Source of the DNA: Oscillospiraceae bacterium
GTDB taxonomy: Bacteria > Bacillota > Clostridia > Oscillospirales > SIG519
Length of the DNA stretch: 64,000 bases
Reading direction: 5' to 3'
NCBI GenBank assembly: GCA_015067255.1
Contig: SVMS01000007.1
Coordinates: 1,352-65,351 of the forward strand
In this document: one piece after another, positions 1 through 8,643 of the stretch
Layout of the letters: each line of letters starts with the position of its first letter
How positions within the stretch are numbered: position 1 is the first letter of the stretch
Made by a program: the position numbers and the translations under genes
The notes under the pieces: generated by a model
Told to the model about the DNA's origin: nothing
Seen by the model: the letters and a program-made list of their open reading frames with translations, nothing else
Database searches by the model: none

Positions 1-530
1 TTACTCTCGTAATTCTTGTATGTAAAGTTTTGTTCTATGAGTAAATCATACATATTTTGATAAGCATTATAAAGATTTTCGGTTTGCTTTTTTATTTCCT
101 TAATTTTATCATTACTGTATTCAATATCCTTTATACTCTCATATTGAATTTTTATATCTTGCATACTTGTTTTTTCTTTTGAAATTTCTGATAAGCATAA
201 TCCTGTTACATAATTAGTAAAATATTCTTCATCCCACGAATATCCGTGATTTGTCTTAGTAGAAGAAGAATAAAGTGTCCCTATAATATTAAAGTTCGAT
301 TTAGATTTAGTTATCATTTCACTAAAAGCCTGTGCTTCGGCAACACATACTTTAATATTTTTATTTTCGTTAGCTTTAGTAAAAATAAATGACAAAGAAA
401 TGATAAGAGCTATTGCAACTACTGCTATTATAGAAATGATAACAATTTTTTTGTTCTTGCTTATGTTTTTGTAACCACAATTTTGACAAATGTTGCCGCT
501 TATTTCTGCATTACATTCTTTACAAGTCAT
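1..530 (-). CDS. zinc-ribbon, single-pass membrane protein; its 3' end runs off the window edge, so it is missing from the ORF track
   Basis: My translation from the ATG at 530-528 gives MTCKECNAEISGNICQNCGYKN... This has a CxxC-N8-CxxC motif, then a hydrophobic helix IVIISIIAVVAIALIISLSFIF. The frame stays open to position 1. Confidence 0.5.
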   Translation of the reverse strand, partial: MTCKECNAEISGNICQNCGYKNISKNKKIVIISIIAVVAIALIISLSFIFTKANENKNIKVCVAEAQAFSEMITKSKSNFNIIGTLYSSSTKTNHGYSWDEEYFTNYVTGLCLSEISKEKTSMQDIKIQYESIKDIEYSNDKIKEIKKQTENLYNAYQNMYDLLIEQNFTYKNYES

Positions 531-536
531 AGTAAC

Positions 537-1367
537 TTACCCCTCAATTATTTTATTTACTTCATCAACTGTTTCATTAAATGCCTTAGCACTATCAGCT
601 ACTTTCGATGATAGCGTATTATTAGCATAAGTAACATAATTATTAACGGTTAATTCAATATCAATTTCATCACTCAAAATGGTATTTATTTTCTCAAAAC
701 ATTTTTTTACTTCGGTAAATTCTGGAATATCACCACATATATCCCTTGCTATACAGGCGGCTTTTTTTATGTTTAATGCTTCGGTTTTGGCTAAATTACA
801 ATAATATAATTCTCTTAAAGCTGAAGAAGAACTAACACCAAAATACTCAGCAATATTATCAAAAGATTTTTCTAAGCAAGAAAGACTTTCTTCGATTACA
901 GTAAACTCAATTTCGTATTTATTTACAAATTTAGTGCAACGATTACAAATTCCAATATTCACCGTATGTTCAAGCGGTTTTCCCTCGGTCTGCTTACATT
1001 GTAAACAAGTTTTAGGATTGATACAATCCGCTTCTTTCCACTTGTGTTCTAAAGACTTACCTTTTTCCGAATTACATATTGAACAAAATTTGGGTTTATC
1101 ACAAGTCGCACTTTTCCAATGATGATTACCCAAAACACACGAAAAGTTTTTATCTGCAATCAAGTTAAAATATTGTTTCACACTGACTTGTGATGTAATA
1201 AGAGTAACGGCAAACAAAAGAACAACAAGAGCACAAAAGCCACTAATTAAAATAATAATTTTCTTTTTACTTATTTGTTTTTTCTTAAATTCATAACCGC
1301 AATTTATACATTTTTTTGTTTTATCAGAAATAGTATGATTGCATTGGGGACAGTTAATTAAAGCCAT
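537..1367 (-). CDS. zinc-ribbon membrane protein with a Cys/His-rich repeat ectodomain
   Basis: The N-terminus has CPQC...CINC, followed by a TM helix. Repeated HxW..C..C modules follow (GNHHWKSATCDKPKFCSIC, EHKWKEADCINPKTCLQC). Confidence 0.6.
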   Translation of the reverse strand: MALINCPQCNHTISDKTKKCINCGYEFKKKQISKKKIIILISGFCALVVLLFAVTLITSQVSVKQYFNLIADKNFSCVLGNHHWKSATCDKPKFCSICNSEKGKSLEHKWKEADCINPKTCLQCKQTEGKPLEHTVNIGICNRCTKFVNKYEIEFTVIEESLSCLEKSFDNIAEYFGVSSSSALRELYYCNLAKTEALNIKKAACIARDICGDIPEFTEVKKCFEKINTILSDEIDIELTVNNYVTYANNTLSSKVADSAKAFNETVDEVNKIIEG

Positions 1368-1385
1368 ACTAACACACGCTTTCTT

Positions 1386-2276
1386 TCATAACCCTAATAG
1401 TTCTTTTTTCTTTATTTCAAATTCTTCATTACTAATTATGCCGTTGTCAAGCAGTTCTTTATATTTCTTAATTTCATCAAATCTATCACTTGTATTAACA
1501 ACTGTTTGATTTGCGCTTACAACATATTCATAATCCTTTTCGGGAAACCATTGTTCTAATAATGGATATGCTTTTGCACTTAATTTTAGTTTGTATGTAC
1601 TGCCGTTTTGTTGATAATAAACTTCTACATATCTTTCATCAAAATGCTCTGAATAAGAATAAATACGACCTTTATTGTGTTGGCTTCCAATTATGGCACC
1701 GGCATCACCGCCTATTATTCCACCGACAATAGCACCTTTAACATTAACACCGTCATTCGTACTTTGTACTTTTGTCTCTGCTCTTTCTTGTCCCGCTAAT
1801 TTATAGTGTTGTATTTCAGTACGATTTATTTTTATAATTCTAATATCTTCTGAATTAAATTTTGCTTCAATATCTTTTGGTAAATTAGCGTATGTAATAT
1901 GCTTTTCTGTGATATGTTCTTCTGTGGGGAAGATATATAATATATCGTTTTCTTGCCAACAGTAAAAGTCATTTCTTAGAAGATACGATTTACCTACGGG
2001 CGCTTGTGCCGTGTATGAAAAACCAAAAACAGTAGTTTCAACATCTATTTTTTCGCAACCAATAGGTATATTTATCGTGTTGCGAAGTTCATTATACTTT
2101 TGTTCCATAATAGGTAAACATTTTGATAATGCACTTGCTTCTTGTTGTTGTGCGTTTTCAACCATTCTTTGATATGCCGCTTTTTCTTCTTGGTCGCTTG
2201 AATATTTTTTATAAGCCATATAAAAGCAGAATATGGCAAAAGGTATTGCAAATATAACAAAAATAATAGCACCCAT
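1386..2276 (-). CDS. membrane protein with a C-terminal SHOCT-like short oligomerisation motif
   Basis: N-terminal TM helix, a Gly-rich segment GAIVGGIIGGDAGAIIG, and a C-terminal KELLDNGIISNEEFEIKKKELLGL typical of SHOCT. Confidence 0.6.
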   Translation of the reverse strand: MGAIIFVIFAIPFAIFCFYMAYKKYSSDQEEKAAYQRMVENAQQQEASALSKCLPIMEQKYNELRNTINIPIGCEKIDVETTVFGFSYTAQAPVGKSYLLRNDFYCWQENDILYIFPTEEHITEKHITYANLPKDIEAKFNSEDIRIIKINRTEIQHYKLAGQERAETKVQSTNDGVNVKGAIVGGIIGGDAGAIIGSQHNKGRIYSYSEHFDERYVEVYYQQNGSTYKLKLSAKAYPLLEQWFPEKDYEYVVSANQTVVNTSDRFDEIKKYKELLDNGIISNEEFEIKKKELLGL

Positions 2277-2406
2277 ATTATTACCCCTTGCAATTTATTT
2301 GACTAATATTATACCACAATTATAACGATAAATCAACATATCATTGACTAAAATCTATGAATTAGAAACCGCTTTTAATATATAATAATAAAAAGGCGGT
2401 GATACA

Positions 2407-2706
2407 ATGAATGTCTGCGATTTTGGTGCAGTTTTAAAGCAACTACGCAAAAGCCATAATCTAACACAGGAAGAATTAGGCTTACGAATTGGACTATCCA
2501 AAGCGGTTGTTAGCAAATATGAAAATGGTATGGGTTATCCTACATTTGATATGCTAATACAAATAGCGGACTATTTCGGCGTAACTACAGATTATTTGCT
2601 CGGTGTAGCAAAGAATAAAACAATAGATGTATCAAGCCTTAACGAAACACAAATTGAAACAGTACAAAGAGTAATAGCAGAATTTAACAGAGATAATAAC
2701 AGATAG
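2407..2706 (+). CDS. XRE-family helix-turn-helix transcriptional regulator
   Basis: LKQLRKSHNLTQEELGLRIGLSKAVVSKYENG is a Cro/C1-type HTH. The gene is divergent from the membrane-protein cluster. Confidence 0.8.
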   Translation: MNVCDFGAVLKQLRKSHNLTQEELGLRIGLSKAVVSKYENGMGYPTFDMLIQIADYFGVTTDYLLGVAKNKTIDVSSLNETQIETVQRVIAEFNRDNNR

Positions 2707-2707
2707 A

Positions 2708-2747
2708 CCACCTTGCAGATTTGATTTGCAAAGGTGGTTTTATTTTT
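2708..2747 (+). terminator. rho-independent terminator
   Basis: Hairpin ccaccttgca...tgcaaaggtgg followed by ttttattttt. Confidence 0.7.
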
Positions 2748-3113
2748 GAAAGTTAATATTCAAAATCGCATATACAAAGAAAGAGCGGTTTTGTCCGCTC
2801 TCGCTCTGTGTGCTTGTTGGTGTGGTTGTGCTCTGTGCGGTTGTTTGTGCCCTTTCATAGTGGCAAGGATAACCACCGTTAAATCATTCGTTCCATTTGG
2901 AAATGTTTAAATTTTAACTTCTGAAATGTCAACAACAATGGTAACTGAAACAATATTAAACTGCGTGTGCTTGAGTTATCCTTGCAAATATAGTGTATCA
3001 TAACAAAAACCGTTTGCACACTTCAAAAATCACATACCACCCTTCAAAAATTGCACATTTTAAGCGTTTGTGCAATTTTTGTGCAATTTCTCTTGATTTT
3101 ATCAGATTTTGAG

Positions 3114-3150
3114 ATAAAAAAAAAGACTTCCGCTTTTTACGGCGGAAGTC
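3114..3150 (-). terminator. rho-independent terminator of the GGGtGRT / NifU-like operon
   Basis: Hairpin gacttccgc/gcggaagtc with a 9-nt T run on the minus strand. Confidence 0.75.
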
Positions 3151-3165
3151 CTATAAACCTTGTAT

Positions 3166-4170
3166 TTAAGCCTTTTTCAAAGCTTCTTCAACTGCAACTG
3201 CACAAGCAACAGTCATACCAACCATGGGGTTGTTACCAGCGCCGATAAGTCCCATCATCTCAACGTGAGCAGGAACTGAAGAGGAGCCTGCAAACTGAGC
3301 GTCGCCGTGCATTCTTCCCATAGAGTCTGTAAGACCGTAGGAAGCAGGGCCTGCAGCCATATTATCGGGATGAAGAGTTCTTCCTGTACCGCCGCCGGAA
3401 GCAACGGAGAAGTACTTCTTGCCGTTTTCATATGACCACTTCTTATATGTTCCTGCAACGAGGTGCTGGAAACGGGTGGGGTTAGTTGAGTTACCTGTGA
3501 TAGATACGTCAACGCCCTCGTGAATCATAATTGCAACGCCTTCAAGAACGTCATTAGCGCCGTAGCACTTAACCTTAGCCTTGTCCCCGTCAGAATATGC
3601 TTTTTCACGAACTATTTTAAGCTCGCTTGTTGCAAAGTCATAATCTGTTTCAACATAGGTAAAGCCGTTAATTCTTGAAATAATGAAAGCAGCGTCCTTA
3701 CCTAAACCGTTAAGAATAACTCTTAAGGGTTCTTTTCTTACTTTGTTTGCTGTTCTTGCAATACCGATTGCGCCCTCAGCAGCTGCAAAGGACTCGTGGC
3801 CTGCCAAGAAGCAGAAGCATTTTGTTTCTTCCTTAAGAAGCATAGCTGCAAGATTACCGTGGCCTAAACCAACGTTTCTTGTCTGTGCAACAGAGCCGGG
3901 AATACAGAAAGCCTGTAAGCCAAGACCGATTGCTTCAGCTGCTTCAGAAGCTGTTTTAATACCTTTTTTAAGTGCAATAGCACAGCCTAAAGTATATGCC
4001 CATACAGCGTTATCAAAAGCGATAGGCTGTACGTTTCTTACGATAGAGTCAACGTCAATTCCTTTGCTGTCGCAAAGTGCTTTAGCATCTTCAAGAGAAG
4101 AAAAACCGTATTCAGCAAGAGCTTTATCGATTTGCGCCATTCTTCTCTCTTTACCTTCAAAATTAGCCAT
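3166..4170 (-). CDS. GGGtGRT-family protein of unknown function
   Basis: Contains the eponymous motif SGGGTGRTLHPD. Adjacent to a NifU-like gene. Confidence 0.8.
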   Translation of the reverse strand: MANFEGKERRMAQIDKALAEYGFSSLEDAKALCDSKGIDVDSIVRNVQPIAFDNAVWAYTLGCAIALKKGIKTASEAAEAIGLGLQAFCIPGSVAQTRNVGLGHGNLAAMLLKEETKCFCFLAGHESFAAAEGAIGIARTANKVRKEPLRVILNGLGKDAAFIISRINGFTYVETDYDFATSELKIVREKAYSDGDKAKVKCYGANDVLEGVAIMIHEGVDVSITGNSTNPTRFQHLVAGTYKKWSYENGKKYFSVASGGGTGRTLHPDNMAAGPASYGLTDSMGRMHGDAQFAGSSSVPAHVEMMGLIGAGNNPMVGMTVACAVAVEEALKKA

Positions 4171-4189
4171 TATGTTTTTCCTCCCTTTC

Positions 4190-4882
4190 TTATTCTTTTC
4201 TGGGATCTATGTGCTTAACAGCTTCGCTGTAACGGCCATAGGTTCCTATATTTTTCTCATAAGCTTCTTTGGGATCTGTTCCCTTTTTGATAGCATCCAT
4301 CATTTTTCCAAGGTGGATAAACTTGTAGCCGATAACCTCGTTATCAGCATCAAGGCCGATATCAAGGATATAGCCCTCTGCCATCTCAAGATAACGAACA
4401 CCCTTTGCTTTTGTTCCGAACATTGTACCAACCTGTGAACGCAATCCCTTACCCAAATCCTCAAGGGATGCACCAACAGGAAGACCGTCTTCAGAGAAAG
4501 CTGTCTGAGTTCTTCCGTATACTAACTGCTTGAAAATTTCTCTCATAGCAACGTTTATAGCGTCACATACAAGGTCAGTATTCAAAGCTTCAAGAATTGT
4601 TTTACCCTGTAAAATTTCACATGCCATAGCAGCACTGTGAGTCATACCGGAGCAACCGAGAGTTTCAACCAATGCTTCTTCAATTATTCCGTTTTTTACA
4701 TTCAAAGTCAATTTGCATGTTCCCTGTTGAGGAGCACACCAACCAATACCGTGTGACAAGCCGGAAATGTCGCTTATCTGATAAGCTTTTACCCATCTAC
4801 CCTCTTCGGGAATGGGAGCAGGTCCGTGCTTAGGTCCTTTTGCCACACTGCACATATTTTCTACTTCATGCGTGTAGTTCAT
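4190..4882 (-). CDS. NifU/IscU-like Fe-S scaffold-domain protein
   Basis: GWCAPQQGTCKLTLNVKNGIIEEALVETLGCSGMTHSAAMACE resembles the NifU N-terminal scaffold fold with conserved Cys. Confidence 0.7.
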   Translation of the reverse strand: MNYTHEVENMCSVAKGPKHGPAPIPEEGRWVKAYQISDISGLSHGIGWCAPQQGTCKLTLNVKNGIIEEALVETLGCSGMTHSAAMACEILQGKTILEALNTDLVCDAINVAMREIFKQLVYGRTQTAFSEDGLPVGASLEDLGKGLRSQVGTMFGTKAKGVRYLEMAEGYILDIGLDADNEVIGYKFIHLGKMMDAIKKGTDPKEAYEKNIGTYGRYSEAVKHIDPRKE

Positions 4883-4930
4883 AATAATCCCCTTTCAAAA
4901 TTACATAAGTACGTTACCATTATACTATTT

Positions 4931-4937
4931 TGTCGAA
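4931..4937 (+). promoter_or_regulatory. candidate Spo0A box (TGTCGAA) in a divergent promoter region
   Basis: Exact TGTCGAA inside attttgtcgaaaaaatt. This 17-mer is identical to the one upstream of spoIIAA (31568-31584). It is preceded by TATACT. Confidence 0.4.
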
Positions 4938-5085
4938 AAAATTTCAACACATAAAAATTACTAAATAAAAATACATTATATATAATTTTTTGGTATCATT
5001 TTTTCTTATCCTTTTTAAATTGACTGTTTTTTATTTTTATGCTATTATAATGGTTATAGTTTTCACCCCGAAAGGATTGTTCAAA

Positions 5086-7236
5086 ATGGATATTTTAAAA
5101 GCTCTGCAAACTGAATTTAATTTGCGTCCACAGCAAGTGGAAAACACCGTTAAGCTTATTGACGAAGGCAATACTATTCCTTTTATTGCCCGTTACCGTA
5201 AGGAAGTTACAGGCTCCCTTGACGATACTGTACTGCGTGACCTTTATGACAGACTCAAATATTTAAGAAGCCTTGACCAACGTCGTCAAGAGGTTGCCTC
5301 TTCCATTGAAGAGCAAGGCTTTATGACAGAGGAGCTTGCTCAAAAGCTTGAAAAAGCTGTTACCTTAGCAGAAATTGAAGATATTTACAGACCCTTTAAG
5401 CCAAAAAGAAGAACAAGGGCAACTGTTGCAAAGGAAAAAGGACTTGAGCCTCTTGCTCTTAAAATTTATGCTCAGGATGAATTGAAGCTTTCGCCTTTAG
5501 AAATGGCTGAAGAATTTATCAATCCCGATTTACAGGTAGAAACAGCCGAAGATGCTTTGGCGGGCGCTCTTGATATAATTGCGGAAATGATTTCCGACAA
5601 TGCCGACTACAGAAAAGAAATCCGCCGCAAAACCTTTTTAAGCGGTACTGTTAAAACAAAGGCAACAAAAGAAGAGGACAGCGTATACAGCCAATATTAC
5701 GATTATGAAGAGCCTGTACGCACCTGTGCACCTCATAGAATTCTTGCAATCAACAGAGGTGAGAACGAGGAGTTTCTCAGCGTAAGTATAAGCTGTGATG
5801 AGGGCGCAAATGTAGCCTATCTTAAATCTAAGGTAATTACAAACGAGCTTTCCTCCTGTACGCAGGAGCTTGAAAATACCGTTATTGATGCTTATAAAAG
5901 GCTTATTTTCCCTTCCATTGAAAGAGAGATAAGAAATGACCTTACAGAAAAAGCTTCTGAACAGGCAATTAAAATGTTTGCTCTCAATCTTAAAAATCTT
6001 ATTATGCAGCCGCCTCTTAAGGGAAAGGTTGTCTTAGGACTTGACCCTGCATACAGAACAGGCTGTAAGCTTGCTGTTGTTGACGAAACAGGCAAGGTGC
6101 TTGAAACCTCAGTTATATATCCCACTCCCCCTCAATCAAAAATTGAAGAGGCAAACAAAAAGGTTACCGATATGATATTGCGCCACGACATTGACGTAAT
6201 TGCCATAGGTAACGGTACAGCTTCAAAGGAAAGTGAAATTTTTGTTGCTAACCTTATAAAAACACTTTCGAAGCCTGTTTCTTATATTGTGGTTTCCGAG
6301 TCAGGTGCTTCCGTTTATTCCGCTTCAAAATTGGGCGCTGAAGAGTTCCCCGAATATGACGTTTCTTTAAGAAGCGCCGTTTCAATAGCAAGAAGACTTC
6401 AGGACCCCTTGGCAGAGCTTGTTAAAATTGACCCACGTTCAATAGGCGTAGGTCAGTATCAGCACGATATTAAAGGTGCACGTCTTTCCGAATCTCTTGC
6501 AGGAGTTGTAGAAAACTGTGTTAACAACGTAGGTGTTGACGTAAATACAGCAAGCTATTCTCTCTTATCGTATGTAGCGGGAATAAATTCCGCTATTGCC
6601 AAAAACATAGTTGCTTACAGAGAAGAAAACGGAAAATTCACATCAAGAAAACAGCTTTTAAAGGTTAAGAAATTAGGCGAAAAGGCATTTTTGCAGTGCG
6701 CAGGCTTTTTACGTATTCCCGACAGCGACAACGTGCTTGACAACACAGCAGTTCACCCCGAATCATATGAAGCTGCAAAAAGTGTAATATCCGAATTGTC
6801 AATAGACCTTGCTTCAGGAAACCTTTCGGCACTTGAAAATGCAGATATCCCCTCTCTTGCCGAAAAATGTCAGGTAGGTATTCCCACCATGACAGATATT
6901 GTAGAAGAAATGAAAAAGCCGGGCCGTGATATACGTGACAGCTTACCTCCTGTTGTTCTTCGTTCCGATATATTGGATATGAAGGATTTAACCGAGGGTA
7001 TGGTTTTGACGGGAACTGTTAGAAACGTTATTGATTTCGGCGCTTTCGTTGATATCGGCGTTCATCAGGACGGCCTTGTTCACATTTCCGAAATTGCCGA
7101 CAGATATATAAAGCATCCGTCAGACGTTCTTTCCGTAGGCGATATTGTAAGCGTAAGAGTCCTTTCGGTCGATTTGAACAAAAAACGTATCTCTCTTTCC
7201 CTCAAAATGCCGAAAGAAGGGAAAACCTTAGTCTAA
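5086..7236 (+). CDS. tex: Tex-like transcription accessory protein (YqgF/HhH/S1 domains)
   Basis: MDILKALQTEFNLRPQQVENTVKLIDEGNTIPFIARYRKE is the canonical Tex N-terminus, and the C-terminus has an S1 domain. The track ORF starts at TTG 4990, but that 32-aa extension is hydrophobic junk. Confidence 0.9.
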   Translation: MDILKALQTEFNLRPQQVENTVKLIDEGNTIPFIARYRKEVTGSLDDTVLRDLYDRLKYLRSLDQRRQEVASSIEEQGFMTEELAQKLEKAVTLAEIEDIYRPFKPKRRTRATVAKEKGLEPLALKIYAQDELKLSPLEMAEEFINPDLQVETAEDALAGALDIIAEMISDNADYRKEIRRKTFLSGTVKTKATKEEDSVYSQYYDYEEPVRTCAPHRILAINRGENEEFLSVSISCDEGANVAYLKSKVITNELSSCTQELENTVIDAYKRLIFPSIEREIRNDLTEKASEQAIKMFALNLKNLIMQPPLKGKVVLGLDPAYRTGCKLAVVDETGKVLETSVIYPTPPQSKIEEANKKVTDMILRHDIDVIAIGNGTASKESEIFVANLIKTLSKPVSYIVVSESGASVYSASKLGAEEFPEYDVSLRSAVSIARRLQDPLAELVKIDPRSIGVGQYQHDIKGARLSESLAGVVENCVNNVGVDVNTASYSLLSYVAGINSAIAKNIVAYREENGKFTSRKQLLKVKKLGEKAFLQCAGFLRIPDSDNVLDNTAVHPESYEAAKSVISELSIDLASGNLSALENADIPSLAEKCQVGIPTMTDIVEEMKKPGRDIRDSLPPVVLRSDILDMKDLTEGMVLTGTVRNVIDFGAFVDIGVHQDGLVHISEIADRYIKHPSDVLSVGDIVSVRVLSVDLNKKRISLSLKMPKEGKTLV

Positions 7237-7363
7237 TATTATCAGTAAAGTGCTGTTTATTCAATTTATTTTTAGCTAATAAAACACTTTGCAAACAGAA
7301 TATTTTATGGTATCATTATCATATCAATACTGTGTGTAATTATACTGTGGAGGGTATCAAACA

Positions 7364-8485
7364 ATGGCAAGTTTATCATTGAAAAGCATTTTCAAAAAAT
7401 ATCCCGGCGGATTTGAAGCCGTAAAAGATTTCAATCTTGAAATCAAGGATAAAGAATTTATAATCTTCGTTGGTCCTTCTGGTTGCGGTAAGTCTACAAC
7501 TCTCAGAATGATTGCCGGCCTTGAAGAAATCACCGACGGTGAGCTTTACATCGGCGACAAGTTAGTTAACGATGTTGCTCCTAAGGATAGAGATATTGCG
7601 ATGGTTTTCCAGAACTACGCTCTTTATCCTCATATGACTGTTTTTGAGAACATGGCTTTCGGACTTAAGCTCCGTAAGGTTCCCAAGGACGAAATCAAAA
7701 AGAGAGTTGAAGAAGCTGCTCGTATCCTCGATATCACTCACCTTCTTGACAGAAAGCCTAAGGCTTTGTCAGGTGGTCAGAGACAGCGTGTTGCTTTGGG
7801 TCGTGCTATCGTTCGTGAGCCTAAAGTATTCCTTCTTGACGAGCCTCTTTCAAACCTTGACGCTAAATTGCGTGCACAGATGAGAACAGAGCTTTCTAAG
7901 CTTCACTTAAGATTAGGTACAACATTTATCTACGTTACTCACGATCAGACAGAGGCTATGACCATGGCTGACAGAATCGTTGTTATGAAAGACGGCGTTA
8001 TTCAGCAGGTTGATACTCCTCAAAAGCTTTATGACAGACCTTGTAACTGCTTCGTTGCAGGCTTCATCGGTTCTCCTCAAATGAACAACATTGAGGCTGT
8101 TATCGTTGAAAAGGGCGGCGAGTATTTCTTCGAGTTCGGAGAGGAAAACTTCCCCATTCGCATCAAGCTTCCTGAGTCCAAGATTAACGATAAGGTTAAG
8201 GCTGCTGTTGAGAAGCCCGTTATTATCGGTATTCGTCCTGAGCACATTCATAACGAAGAAATGTATCTTACAACTTTAACAGACGGTATTGTTGATGTTG
8301 AGGTTGAAGTTACAGAGCTTATGGGTGCTGAAACCTACTTATATCTTGATTTGTTCGGCAACAAGATTACAGCAAGAGTTAAGCCTACAACTTCTATCCG
8401 TTCCGGCGATAAGATTAAAGTTGCTATTGAGCTTGAGAAGATTCACATTTTCGATAAAGAGACAGAGATGACTTTAGTTAACTAA
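7364..8485 (+). CDS. sugar ABC transporter ATP-binding protein (MsmX/MalK/UgpC type), an orphan ATPase
   Basis: Walker A GPSGCGKST, signature LSGGQRQR, Walker B FLLDEPLSNLD, and a MalK-like C-terminal regulatory domain. Confidence 0.9.
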   Translation: MASLSLKSIFKKYPGGFEAVKDFNLEIKDKEFIIFVGPSGCGKSTTLRMIAGLEEITDGELYIGDKLVNDVAPKDRDIAMVFQNYALYPHMTVFENMAFGLKLRKVPKDEIKKRVEEAARILDITHLLDRKPKALSGGQRQRVALGRAIVREPKVFLLDEPLSNLDAKLRAQMRTELSKLHLRLGTTFIYVTHDQTEAMTMADRIVVMKDGVIQQVDTPQKLYDRPCNCFVAGFIGSPQMNNIEAVIVEKGGEYFFEFGEENFPIRIKLPESKINDKVKAAVEKPVIIGIRPEHIHNEEMYLTTLTDGIVDVEVEVTELMGAETYLYLDLFGNKITARVKPTTSIRSGDKIKVAIELEKIHIFDKETEMTLVN

Positions 8486-8498
8486 TCTCAATAATTCA

Positions 8499-8532
8499 AG
8501 AGCCAGACCTAAAAAGGTTTGGCTCTTTTTTT
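8499..8532 (+). terminator. rho-independent terminator
   Basis: Hairpin agagccagacc/ggtttggctct plus tttttt. Confidence 0.8.
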
Positions 8533-8643
8533 ATGCAATATTGTATTTACTTTTACGCAATTTCGTGTTAGAATATTAAATGGTATATAATTTTTTAAAT
8601 TTATCGAATTTTAAGCCTGCTTTGAAAGGAATGTATATATAAA

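Noticed and set aside
2760-2858. A 32-codon His/Gln-rich minus-strand ORF (MKGHKQPHRAQPHQQAHRARADKTALSLYMRF).
   Set aside because: It has no RBS within 15 nt of the ATG, and the frame reads straight through a terminator-like hairpin. More likely it is a by-product of the C/A-rich tract.
3683-4438. A 251-aa plus-strand ORF, together with similar long antisense ORFs at 22785-23246, 25303-25764, 59102-59515, 60427-60789 and 61871-62287.
   Set aside because: All lie antisense to confidently identified genes (GGGtGRT, tuf, rpsG, tyrS, recN, argR). Their composition is low-complexity, Ser/Leu/Phe-rich shadow sequence, and none has an RBS.
4990-5085. A 32-codon N-terminal extension of tex in the ORF track (TTG start).
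   Set aside because: The extension is hydrophobic nonsense spanning promoter-like AT-rich DNA. The canonical Tex N-terminus starts at ATG 5086.
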